This document shows, in pieces, positions 24,435 to 35,759 of a stretch of DNA of 64,000 nt (the stretch's first letter is position 1; every line of letters starts with the position of its first letter). The position numbers and the translations under genes are program-made. The notes under the pieces were generated by a model. It was given only the letters and a program-made list of their open reading frames with translations, was not told the DNA's origin and did not search any database. The DNA is from Octopus vulgaris (Eukaryota). The DNA is taken from assembly GCA_951406725.2 (NCBI GenBank), contig OX597841.1, positions 14,632,001 to 14,696,000 of the forward strand, read 5' to 3'.

Positions 24435-24629
24435 GGTCCTACTCGAGAACAGTGGTCCCGGTGCGCGCACTCGCGCTAGCTAGTCGTGACTAGTCGATCC
24501 TACAACGACTACCTAGCAGAGTAAATAATACACACAAAAACACAAAGGATCGACTAGTCACGACTAGCTAGCGCGGATGCGCGACTACGCGAGTGCGCGC
24601 ACCGGGACCGCTTGTTCTCGAGTAGTACC
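24435..24629. repeat. CpG-rich inverted repeat, MITE-like foldback
   Basis: CTACTCGAGAAC..GGTCCCGGTGCGCGCACTCGC..GCTAGCTAGTCGTGACTAGTCGATCCT mirrored after a ~43-nt spacer. Confidence 0.8.
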
Positions 24630-24734
24630 CAACTTGATTTTTATTATCGATTTTATAATAAATTATTGCGGAGGGGTTTGGGGGCGGCACCGAACCAAGT
24701 GAAGGGCGAAAAACTTTAAATATTTTCCTCTTAC

Positions 24735-24920
24735 CTCGGCTAAAATCCTTTCTTCTTCTCCGTTTTCTGTGTGCGCCGAAAGCAGAACAGAAACGACTCA
24801 ACCTTAATTCTTGATTCAGATGAACAGACGTTCGCTTCCCGTTTCACCAAAAATCAGAAGAAAAGAAAAAAATCCCGAAACGATTTTCGTTTGTTTGTTT
24901 CATTTCGGTTTTAATGTCAC
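24735..24920 (-). other. Putative non-coding first exon for the ZNF gene(s)
   Basis: Strong donor CCGAG|GTAAGA on - (GT at 24734-24733) just downstream of promoter motifs; transcription start approximate. Confidence 0.5.
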
Positions 24921-24937
24921 GCTTCCAGGTTTGACAT

Positions 24938-24970
24938 GTGACGTCACTTCCGCTCTGTATATCAGCCAAT
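24938..24970 (-). promoter_or_regulatory. Overlapping ETS-CRE element plus CCAAT box
   Basis: GTGACGTCACTTCCG (24938-24952; CGGAAGTGACGTCAC on -) and AGCCAAT (24964-24970) in a locally CpG-rich region. Confidence 0.7.
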
Positions 24971-25026
24971 GAAAACAAAGCATAGGGCCAAGGCGAAGAA
25001 TACGCACACCACTCCGTTTTCGGCGT

Positions 25027-25962
25027 TTAGGGTTACGTTTAGAGTTGGGGTTGCGTTTAGAGTTGGGGTTGCGTTTAGAGTTGGGGTTACGTTTAGAGTT
25101 GGGGTTGCGTTTAGAGTTGGGGTTGCGTTTAGGGTTGGGGTTGCGTTTAGAGTTAGGGTTGGGGTTACGTTTAGAGTTGGGGTTGCGTTTAGAGTTGGGG
25201 TTGCGTTTAGAGTTGGGGTTGCGTTTAGGGTTGGGGTTGCGTTTAGAGTTGGGGTTGCGTTTAGAGTTAGGGTTGGGGTTACGTTTAGAGTTGGGGTTGC
25301 GTTTAGAGTTGGGGTTGCGTTTAGAGTTGGGGTTGCGTTTAGAGTTGGGGTTGCGTTTAGAGTTGGGGTTGCGTTTAGGGTTGGGGTTGCGTTTAGAGTT
25401 AGGGTTGGGGTTGCGTTTAGAGTTAGGGTTGGGGTTACGTTTAGAGTTGGGGTTGCGTTTAGAGTTGGGGTTACGTTTAGAGTTAGGGTTGGGGTTGCGT
25501 TTAGAGTTGGGGTTGAGTTTAGAGTCAGGGTTGCGTTTAGAGTTGGGGTTACGTTTAGAGTTGGGGTTGAGTTTAGAGTCAGGGTTGCGTTTAGAGTTGG
25601 GGTTACGTTTAGAGTTGGGGTTGAGTTTAGAGTCAGGGTTGCGTTTAGAGTTGGGGTTACGTTTAGAGTTGGAGTTGCGTTTAGAGTTAGGGTTACGTTT
25701 AGGGCTGCGTTTAGAGTTGGGGTTACGTTTAGAGTTGGGGTTGCGTTTAAAGTTGGGGTTGCGTTTAGAGTTAGGGTTACGTTTAAGGTTGCGTTTAGAG
25801 TTGGGGTTACGTTTAGAGTTAGGGTTACGTTTAAGGTTGCATTTAGAGTTGGGGTTGCGTTTAGAGTTAGGGTTACGTTTAGAGTTAGAGTTGCGTTTAG
25901 AGTTAGGGTTACGTTTAGAGTTAGAGTTGCGTTTAGAGTTAGGGTTACGTTTAGGGCTGCGT
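25027..25962. repeat. Telomere-variant hexamer satellite (18-bp higher-order unit TTAGAG-TTGGGG-TTGCGT with interspersed TTAGGG)
   Basis: About 155 in-register hexamers, nearly all starting TT. Confidence 0.95.
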
Positions 25963-27519
25963 AGCTGTGTGACAACAAATTTGCCTCTCAACTACATGGT
26001 TCCAGGTTCAGTTCCGTAGCATGGCATCTTGGGGAAAGTGTCTTGTACAATAATTCCGGGCTATTTGGCAACTGGTGATGGTGTATCAGGCTTAAAAAGA
26101 AAATATTTGGGCTGATTAGTTTCACTAAAAATTCCTCAAGGTAGTGCCCCAGCATGGCCACAGTCTAATGATTGAAAGAATAGATAAAAGACAGGTGTGG
26201 AAGTGTGGTAAGAATCTTGCTCAACAACCACAAGGTTCTGGGTTCAGAACCACTGCGTGGCACCTTGGGTAAGTGTCTTCTATTATAGCCTCGGGCCGAC
26301 CAAAGCCTTGTGACTGGATTTGGTACATGGAAACTGAAAGAAGCCCGTTGTATATGTATATATATATTTGTGTCTGTGTTTGTCCCTCCACCATCGCTTG
26401 ACAACCGATGTTGGAGTGTTTGCGTCCCCCATAACGTAGCAGTTCGGGAAAAGGAGACTGATAGAATATGTACCAGGCTTACAAAGAATAAGTCATGGGA
26501 TTGATTTGCTCAACTAGAGGCAGAGCTCCAGCATGGCCACAGTCTAATAACTGAAATAAGTAAAAGATGAAAGACAGACGTGGCTGTGTAGTAAGAAGCT
26601 TGCTTCCCAACCACATGGTTCTGGGTTCAATCCCACCGCATGGCACTTTGGGCAATTGTCTTCTACTATAGCCTTGGGCCAAACAAAGCCTCATGAGTGG
26701 ATTTGGTAGATGGAAACTGAAAGAAGCCTGTCATATATATGTGTATATATATATATATATATCTGGCACTCGGCAGTTGCCAGGACCGCTGGACTGACTC
26801 CTGTGCAGGAGGCAAGTGAAGAAACACCATTTCGACCCTGTGCTTGAGGAGATCCATTGAGTCAAGTACACCGACATCAAAATCAATGGAAACTGCAGTT
26901 GTGATCCCTGAGCCGGTGGCACGTAAACAGCACCATCTGAAGGTGGCCGATGCCAGTGTCGCCTAGACTGGCTTCCGTGCTGGTGGCACGTAAAAAGCGC
27001 TATCCGTATTGTGGCCGATGCCAGTGCCACCTCGACTGGCTTCCATGTCGGTGGCACGTAAAAAGCACCATCCGATCGTGGCCGTTGCCAGCCTCGCCTG
27101 GCACCTGTGCAGGTGGCACGTAAAAAGCACCCACTACACTCACGGAGTGGTTGGCGTTAGGAAGGTCATCCAGCTGTAGAAACACTGCCAGATCAGACTG
27201 GAGCCTGGTGCAGCCTTCTGGCTTCACAGACCCCAGTTGAACCGTCCAACCCATGCTAGCATGGAGAACGGACGTTAAACGATGATGATGATGATGATGA
27301 TGATATATATATATACATATATATATTCTTTTATTAGTTTCAGTCATTTGACTGTGGTCATGCTAGAGTACCACCTTTAGTCAAAGAAATCAACACCCAG
27401 GATTTATTCTTTGTAAGCCTAGCACTTATTCTATCAATCCCTTTTGCTGAACCACTAGGTTACAGGGACATACACACACTAACATCGGTTGTCAAGCAAT
27501 GGTGGGAGGCTACACACAA

Positions 27520-27563
<44 letters not shown>

Positions 27564-28269
27564 CCAATCTTACTTAGAAATGGATGTGTCGTTACTGTCC
27601 TGTTTTTGTTACCATTTTTACCCCTCCGCAAAAAAATCTCAAATTTTATTTAATTTGATTTTCGCGGGAAGGAAAGTTTCATTAAAGTCATGTATTGCCT
27701 TGACCTTCGAAGGCGACTGAAGAAGAGGAATTTTCCTTGTGTTATTTGTCCTGTACTCTATTTTTTCGTTGTTTATGAAAAATGTCCAGTTCCCTTGGTT
27801 TTGTGTCTATGTTTTCGTTTCTCATTGTGTTCGACGTTTTTTTGGTGTCCTGTACTCATATATGCGTGTATATATACATGTAGAGGTTGGTACGTACATA
27901 TATGTATGTATATATGCATATGTTTTATTTATTTATTAATTATATATATATACTCTTTACTCTTACTTGTTTCAGTCATTTGACTGTGGCCATGCTGGAG
28001 CACCGCATCTAGTCGAGCAAATTGACCCCAGGACTTATTCTTTGGAAGCCTGGTACTTATTCTATCGGTCACTTTTGCCAAACTGCTAAGTTACAGGGAC
28101 GTACACACACCAGCATCGGTTGTCAAGCAATGGGGGTGGGGTCGACTTTTTTTCATCTAAAACCTTAAAGCTTTCAAGGCAGTACCCTAGCATGGCCCCC
28201 ACCACCCCAATGACTGAAACAAAGGGACAATTGACCCCACCCCCCCAATGAGATGTCTAAAACAACAAG

Positions 28270-28554
28270 GTTTTGTATTTCTATTCATTTTTATTTCATA
28301 GTTAGCAAACATGTTATGGATGAATAATTCGCACAACCATCAGGGAAGGTCATGCTGTGGCCGAATGTGAAACTAGGCCAGTTATTGATGATCTGAAGTG
28401 ACTTACAAAAACAAATGAGACGTCTTCATGAGGAATCTTTTTGGTCTGTTTTATTTTTTTTTATTTTTATATATATATATATATATATGTATTTATATAC
28501 ATATATATATATGTATATATTTGTTTTTGGTGTATTTATTCATTCTAAAGTGAT
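28270..28554 (-). other. OST4: Putative OST4 3'-UTR terminal exon
   Basis: Acceptor TTTCTTTTCTTACAG on - (28555-28557); AATAAA on - at 28290-28295; pairs with the donor at 30739. Confidence 0.5.
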
Positions 28555-29230
28555 CTGTAAGAAAAGAAATAAAACAGAGTTAGCTTTGCGCGACTACTTT
28601 TTGTTTTTTTTTTAGATACAACAGAAATATCATCATCATCATCATCGTTTAACGTTCGTTTTCCAAGCTAGCATGGCTTGGACGGTTCGACTGGAGTCTG
28701 GGAAGAAAGGAGGCTGCACCAGGCCCAGTCTGATCTGGCAGTGTTTCTACAGGTGGATGCCCTTCCTAACGCCAACCACTCTGTGAGTGTAGTGGGTGCT
28801 TTTTACGTGCCAGGGGAGGCTGGCAGTGGCCACAATCAGTTGGTGCTTTTTACGTGCCACTGGCATGGAAGCCAGTCAAGGCGGCGCTGGCATCGGCCAC
28901 GTTCGGATGGTGCTATTTATGTGCCAAATAGGAGACAAACATTTTTAAAAATGAAGAAAGAGGCCTTCTTACAATCATCATCGGCATTTTAATGTCAACT
29001 TCTCCATGCTTGGATGGGTACGGCGGAATTTTATTAAGGTGGGTTTTCTACAGCTGGATGCCTGTTCCTGTTGCCAATCCTTACCTATTTCCAAGAATGG
29101 TACTATTTCCCCATGACAAAACGTGGTTTCACAGAAGATTGGACACCGCTTATGTGGTGGTGACATTTATTTACAATTATCATGCAACACCATGGCAAAG
29201 AAACAGTTATAAAACATACACAAACATGTA

Positions 29231-29625
29231 CAGGAGTGGCTGTGTGGTAAGTAGCTTGCTAACCAACCACATAGTTCTGGGTTCAGTCCCACTGCGTGGC
29301 ATCTTGGGCAAGTGTCTTTTGCTATAGCCCCGGGCCGACCAATGCCTTGTGAGTGGATTTGGTAGACGGAAACTGAAAGAAGCCTGTCGTATATATGTAT
29401 ATATATGTATGCATGTATGTGTGTGTGTGTCTGTGTTTGTCCCCCTAGCATTGCTTGACAATCGATGCTGGTGTGTTTACGTTCCTGTCAGTTAGCGGTT
29501 CAGCAAAAAGAGACCGATAGAATAAGTACTGGGCTTACAAAGAATAAGTCTCGGGGTCGATTTGCTCGACTAAAGGCGGTGCTCCAGCATGGCCGCAGTC
29601 AAATGACTGAAACAAGTAAAAGAAA
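29231..29625 (+). mobile_element. Dominant SINE copy
   Basis: Same sequence as 4618-5012. Confidence 0.9.
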
Positions 29626-30758
29626 AAAGAAAAGAAAAATACGTATACGGTAGTCTTCCACACAGTTTCCACCTACCATATCCACTCACAAGGCTTTGGT
29701 TGGCGCAGGGCTATGGCAGAAGTCACTCGCCCAAAGTGTCACATGGTGGAATTGAACCTGGGACCATGTGGTTGGGAAGCAACTTAACACACATTCACAC
29801 TTGCAAAAATTTTATAATCTCTACATTTCAGGCACAAAGGCCCATTATCAGAAGTGAATGGATTAAAGAAATGTAGGTCAATGCAATAATGGTCATGTTG
29901 ATTGACTGACATTTCTTTATTCCGTTTGGAACTGATGATGAGCCTTTGTGCTCGAAGTATGAAGATTATAACTTTTCCTTTATCTTATTGTAAGAAGTTC
30001 TCCATCTCCATTACTTATTTTGCTTCTGTATCACAATGCTTCAAGCCAGCTACAACACACTTCTTCGACAAAGAAATAACGTTTACATTATTATTTAAAA
30101 TGGTGTTTGGAGCAGGACAAAACGCAAACGTAACCTGGTGCAGCCATCTGGTTCGCCAGACCTCAGTCAAATAGTCCAACCCATGCTAGCATGGAAAGCG
30201 GACGTTAAACAATGATGATGATGATGATGATGATGATGCATGCTGGAATATTAAGCTGATGCTTGCAATACAATTTAACAAAAGATTCTTACGAAAAAAT
30301 TATAATGGTAAATTTTAAATTTAAATAGGAGGCACGTAAAAAGCACCATCCGAACATGGCCGATGCTAGCGCTGCCTTGACTGGCTTCTGTGCCGGTGGC
30401 ACATAAAAGGCACCAACTGATCATGGCCGCTGCTAGCCTCCCCTGGCACCTGTGCCAGTGGCACGTAAGAAGCACCCACTACACCGAGTGGTTGGCGTTA
30501 GGAAGGGCATCCAGCTGTAGAAACACTGCCAGAGCAGACTGACCTGGTGCAGCTTCCTGGCTTCCCAGACCCCGGTTGAACCATCCAACCCGTGCTAGCA
30601 GGGAAAACGGACGTTAAACGATGATGATGATGAAGACTGATCCCTCTTTCTCTTGCTGCCAATAAAAAGTTCAGTCCAAGTTAGTACTCAATACCAGAAG
30701 GAAAAGAGACGAGGGATGACAGAGTCCGATTGAACTTACCTTATGATGGTAACATGTG

Positions 30759-30872
30759 CTATTCCATTTTCTTCGGATGGTTCACTGCTACATAATGGTA
30801 GAGAACCACCAACAGGAAAAGCCCAACACCAAGAGCATTAGCAAAAATGGCTAACTGAACGTCTGTGATCAT
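30759..30872 (-). CDS. OST4: Oligosaccharyltransferase complex subunit 4 (37 aa)
   Basis: [37 protein letters not shown], nearly identical to the vertebrate OST4 sequence as recalled; exon 30873-30740 is bounded by (T)nCCAG| and |GTAAGT. Confidence 0.96.
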   Translation of the reverse strand: MITDVQLAIFANALGVGLFLLVVLYHYVAVNHPKKME

Positions 30873-30944
30873 TCTGGAAAAAAAAAGGGGACACACACAA
30901 GACAGGTAAAATATTGGTTTCAAAGGCAAAGTCGACCTAATAAT

Positions 30945-31326
30945 CTTTTCTACTCTAGGCACAAGGGGGGGCAGTCGATTAGATTGATTCCAGTTTGCAG
31001 CTGGTATTTAATCTATCGACCCCGAAAGGATAAAAGGCAAAGTCGACCTCGGCAGAATTTGAACTCAGAACGTAGCATCGGAAGAAATACCTATTTCTTT
31101 ACTACCCACAAGGGGCTAAACACAGAGAGGACAAACAAACGGATTAAGTCAATTATATCGACCCCAGTGCGTAACTGGTACTTATTTTATCAATTCTGAA
31201 AGGATAAAAGGCAAAGTCAACCTCGGCAGAATTTGAACTCAGAACGTAACGGCAGACGAAATACCTATTTCTCTACTGCCCACAAGGGGCTAAACACAGA
31301 GAGGACAAACGGATTAAGTCGATTAT
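30945..31326 (-). mobile_element. tRNA-derived SINE with Nin/Deu-like domain, tandem partial copies (also 38270-38681, 45300-45530, 55345-55690)
   Basis: Reverse complement reads GAGTTCAAATTC(C/T)GCCGAGGTCGACTTTGCCTTT(C/T)ATCCTTTCGGGGTCGATAAA..AGTACCAG. Confidence 0.7.
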
Positions 31327-31515
31327 AAGTTCTAATCGATTTTCCCGGTAAGTATGGGGGTTAGGAAAAAAATACAAACTGCATTCCAATCTGTGCACCC
31401 GTCTCTACATGTGTGCCATTTTTCATGCGAATCCACCCAGGTGTTTTGCTGTGAACCTGAAGACAAGAAAGAATACAACGATCGCCCATGTCCAATTTAT
31501 ATTATGGATATAAAC

Positions 31516-31910
31516 AGGCACAGGAGTGGCTGTGTGGTAAGTATCTTGCTAACCAACCACATGGTTCCAGGTTCAGTCCCACTGCGTTGCACCTTGGGCA
31601 AGTGTCTTCTGCTATAGCCCTGGGCCGACCAATGCCTTGTGAGTGGATTTGGTAGACGAAAACTGAAAGAAGCCCGTCGTATATATATATATATGTGTGT
31701 GTGTATGTGTCTGTGTTTGTCTCCATAGCATTGCTTGACAACCGATGCTAGTGTGTTTACGTCCCCGTCACTTAGCGGTTCGGCAAAAGAGACCAATAGA
31801 ATAAGTACTGTGCTTACAAAGAATAAGTCCCAGGGTCGATTTGCTCGACTAAAGGCGGTGCTCCAGCATGGCCACAGTCAAATGACTGAAACAAGTAAAA
31901 GAGTAAAAAG
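31516..31910 (+). mobile_element. Dominant SINE copy
   Basis: Same sequence as 4618-5012. Confidence 0.9.
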
Positions 31911-32624
31911 AGAGAGTATGCCAAAAAGTGTATATACATCTGTACAGGAGTGGGTGTGTGGTAAGAAGCTTGCTGCCCAACCACATGGTTCCAGGTTCAG
32001 TCCCACAGCATGGTACCTTGGGCAAATGTCTTCTGCTATAGCCTCGGACCAACCAAAGCTTCTTGTGAGTGGATTTGGTAGATGGAAACTGAAAGAAGCC
32101 CATCGTGTGTGTGTCACCCGATCGTGGTCGATGCCAGATTCTGTGGCCCCTTGTGCCAGTGGCACGTAAAAAGCATCCACTACACTGAGTGGTTGGCGTT
32201 AGAAAAGGCATCCAGCTGTATAAACACTGCCAGATCAGATTGGGGCCTGGTGCAGCCTCCTAGCATCCCAGACGCCAGTCGAACCGTCCAACCCATGCAA
32301 GCATAGAAAACGGACGTCAAACGATGGTAATCATGATATATATATATACATATTAGAGAGAAACCACTATGTGGACACCCTTATGCTAGAAATAGACAAT
32401 TATTTAATTGCCTACGTTCCCTATGGATCTCTCACCACTTCCCCTAGAATCTGGGACTCATGAGAGATCTATGGGAAACATAGGGGGTTAAGTAATTGTT
32501 TACATGTAGGGATTTCGAATCATAAAGTAACCCCCAACTATATCGGTAGACTATATAATAATAATAATAACCTTCGGCTCTGTTAACTGTTTAAAAATTC
32601 TGACTTAGGATAATACCTCCCTAC

Positions 32625-32661
<37 letters not shown>

Positions 32662-33383
32662 GATATATATATATGTGTGTGTGTGTTTACGTCCGGACGA
32701 ATGAAGAATATGGTAAACACAAGATCCCGTTTATATCAGTTGTTCCTAAACGTACATTCTACGTGGACCTCGAAAATGACCAAAAGCTATCTTATGTCTG
32801 ACTATGTTACAACATGCATACACGTATGTGTGTGTGTATGTATATTATATATATATACGTGTGTGTGTGTATGTATATATATTATTTGCCTGGTTTCAGT
32901 CATTTGGCTCCGGTCATGCTGGAGTACCGACTTTAGTTTCGAACAAATCGACCCCGGGACTTATTCTTTGTAAACCTAGTACTTATTTCAAGGGACTTTT
33001 TTGCCCAAACCTCTAAGTTACAGGGACGTAAACACACTAACATCGGTGGAGGTGAAGAGACAAACATAGACGCAAATACGTACACACACACACACACATT
33101 ATATGTATATATATATATATAGCCAGGTGGTGCTATTAAGTTAGACATGGCCTGGGCCAATACTGGCCAAAACCTTTCTAAGTTATATATATATATATGT
33201 ATAATAATAATAATAATATTAGGGAATAATATTACGTTTCCCATCGATCTCTCATGAGTCCCAGACTCTGGAGGAACTGGTGAGAGATCCATAGGGAAGG
33301 TAGGTAATTAAATAATTGCCTACGAAGACGGATTTCAAAACAACAGGTACCCCTAACTGGGCCAATAGACTACACACACACAT

Positions 33384-33419
<36 letters not shown>

Positions 33420-33486
33420 CACCCACACACATATATATATATACATACACACACACACACACACATATATATATACACACACATAT

Positions 33487-33535
<49 letters not shown>

Positions 33536-33676
33536 TATATACATACATGATCATAGTATCATACATACATGAATGTATGTATATATGTGTGTATATAATG
33601 AAGGAGGCGTGCAAGCGCCAGATCTTCATAATGTCACACTCAAACAGCAAACAGTAATATTGTGGTGCTTTCTTAC

Positions 33677-34050
33677 CTGTTAGTTAATTAATTAATTAAT
33701 TAATTAGCAATTAGCAAGAGTTGAGTCTTGATGTGAATCGTGGCTTTCTCTCTCTGGGAAGATTCGCCAAGAAGGACTGAAGGGGAGTGAAAGTGAAAGA
33801 GAGAGAAGGAAGGAGTAGGAAACTAGAGGGAGGGGGAGAAAGAGAGAGAGGAAGAAGGAGTAGAGGAACTATAGGGAAGAAGAAGGAGAGATAGCGAGGA
33901 AGAGGGAGTGGAAAACTAGGAGGAGGAAGGAGATAGAGAGAGCAACGTGTCAGTTTCTTGGTGAGACTGCAGACGAGGTAGGAGGGGGAGTGGCATAAAC
34001 CGGTGACTTCCAGTTGCCGTATCACCGTTGTGGAAGTTCCGCCAGTCGGT
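33677..34050 (-). other. OST4: Putative OST4 non-coding first exon and promoter region
   Basis: Donor CAG|GTAAGA on - (33676); pyrimidine-rich leader; CpG-rich start region at ~34000-34070 with GGAAGT motifs. Confidence 0.5.
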
Positions 34051-34149
34051 GTCACGCTAGTCGGTTTGTTGAGCTGGCTTCCAACGCATAATTTGAATTT
34101 ATTTTATCTTTGTACGACGCGATTGCAAATCAGCCAACAGTTTTTACAT

Positions 34150-34551
34150 TATTTATAATATAAAAGTAAGGTTGTGTGTCTGTCTCCTCCGATTTAGATT
34201 CCTAACTACTCCCACATTTTGCGGTGCAGTTTAACCAAAACCGGGTATCTTATAGTCGTGATTCATATCGAGCCCGTCTGGGTATTAGCGCGCGTCAACG
34301 ATGAGTCTACGATTTTAAAAATAATTTAACATCATTTTTTTCCATTTTAATGCATTTTTTCGCTATTATATAAGGGAAGTAACTCTCTAAAAATGTCTAC
34401 GATGAGTCAACGATTTTTAATAAAAAATTTACCATCAAATTTTTTCCCATTTTTAATGCATTTTTTTGCTACTTTTTGGCTATAACTCTCTAATAATGCT
34501 TATATAGTTATTTCCCTTACAAACCCGAGCAACGCCGGGCGATACTGCTAG
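34150..34551 (+). mobile_element. Non-autonomous Helitron
   Basis: Family body, hairpin and CTAG|T end. Confidence 0.85.
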
Positions 34552-34885
34552 TTATTTATAATATAAATTGGACATGGGGGCGATCGTTGTATTCTTTCTT
34601 TTCTTGAGGTTCACAGCCAAACGGTTGGGTGGATTTGCGTGAAACATGGCACAGATGTGGGGACAGGTGCATAGATAGGAATTAAATCAATGTTTTAATG
34701 ATTAGACAGAGGTCCTATAGAATAGCTCTCAGAAACAGACTACGTACAAATTTCTTCTTCACAACTCTTGAAGCTGTTTTCTGACGAGGTGGATAGGGGT
34801 CAGGAAATTTTCATACAGCTGGAGGCTCCAATCGAAACAGGGGACCCAAAATGATAAGGTTGAGAAACGCTGTTATAGATTAGGC

Positions 34886-35192
34886 CTAACCGGAAACGAT
34901 CAGGGTCACATCATCCAAACAGAAACCGGGTGAAACCGGGCTTAGCTGCTCTGGTGTGTGCAAGAGATTCGAAATAAAGGCACCTACCTTCTCTTCGCCC
35001 TGATGGAGACCCTTCAGTGGTAACGGATCCTTCGACACAGCCCCGACCCGAACGCTAGAGATAGCAGCTGCTTCACCCAACCTTAACCCCTCGACGACCT
35101 GACTTGAAAGGGCAGGATACCCCGCTCGCTGCGCGCGCGTGATGGCTGCCCCTTCCAGTCAGCCCCAAGTTCCGGTCAGCTCCCCAGCTGCT
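34886..35192 (-). ncRNA. Candidate structured RNA of unknown family (~300 nt)
   Basis: Hand-folded nested helices with many G-U pairs on the - strand, paired 5' and 3' ends, and a TATA box 23-30 nt upstream. No known-family motif recognised. Confidence 0.4.
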
Positions 35193-35250
35193 GACGTCAT
35201 CCCACAGCTGCTAGTTTATATATACTTCAGATTTCGTTTGCGGAAGTGAG
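35190..35250 (-). promoter_or_regulatory. TATA box + Inr-like start, with CRE and ETS motifs
   Basis: TATATAAA on - (35222-35215), TCAG Inr-like motif with A at 35192, TGACGTCA at 35192-35199, CGGAAGTG near 35242. Confidence 0.55.
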
Positions 35251-35356
35251 GCAAGTGCGGGGCCTCGAAATACAACGAAATCAGCCCCTCTCGTCTTCCA
35301 TTCAGGAACGATTTCACTTTTTTTAGCTCTGAAGAATACTGTGTTTTATAACACTA

Positions 35357-35665
35357 CTAGCAGTATCGCCCGGCGTTGCTCGGGTTTGTAAGGGAAATAA
35401 CTATATTAGCATTTTTAGAGAGTTCCTTCCCTTATATAAACCCAGCAAAAAATCATTAAAAATGTGGAAAAATGATGGTAAATTTTTTTTTTAAATTGTA
35501 GACTCATCGTAGACGCGCGCTAATACGCAGAAGGGCTCGATATGAATCACGACTATAAGATACCCGCTTTTGGTTAAACTGCACCGCAAAATGTGGGAGT
35601 AGTTAGGAATCTAAATCGGAGGAGACAGAGTCTCACACACACAACTTCAGTTTTATATATAAAGA
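35357..35665 (-). mobile_element. Non-autonomous Helitron, full length
   Basis: TC start at 35665 (-), hairpin and CTAG end at 35357, A|T insertion site. Confidence 0.88.
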
Positions 35666-35759
35666 TATGCCTTTAAAAGGAACTTTCCTGAATGTGAACG
35701 TCAGTGTTTAAACAAAACACACATTCATCAAGCATGTGATAGTAATAATTTTACACTAT

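Noticed and set aside
24900-26019. Four 320-360-aa ORFs (SKRNPN, LNATPT, GVAFRV repeats)
   Set aside because: Translations of the hexamer satellite in several frames on both strands.
34886-35192. Telomerase RNA, 7SK, RNase P/MRP, 7SL or U3
   Set aside because: No CTAACCC template on the structured strand (+ strand CCTTAACCCC is not a TTAGGG template), no paired GATC 7SK motif, no CR-I/CR-V, no SRP helix-8 or Alu motif, and no U3 boxes recognised.
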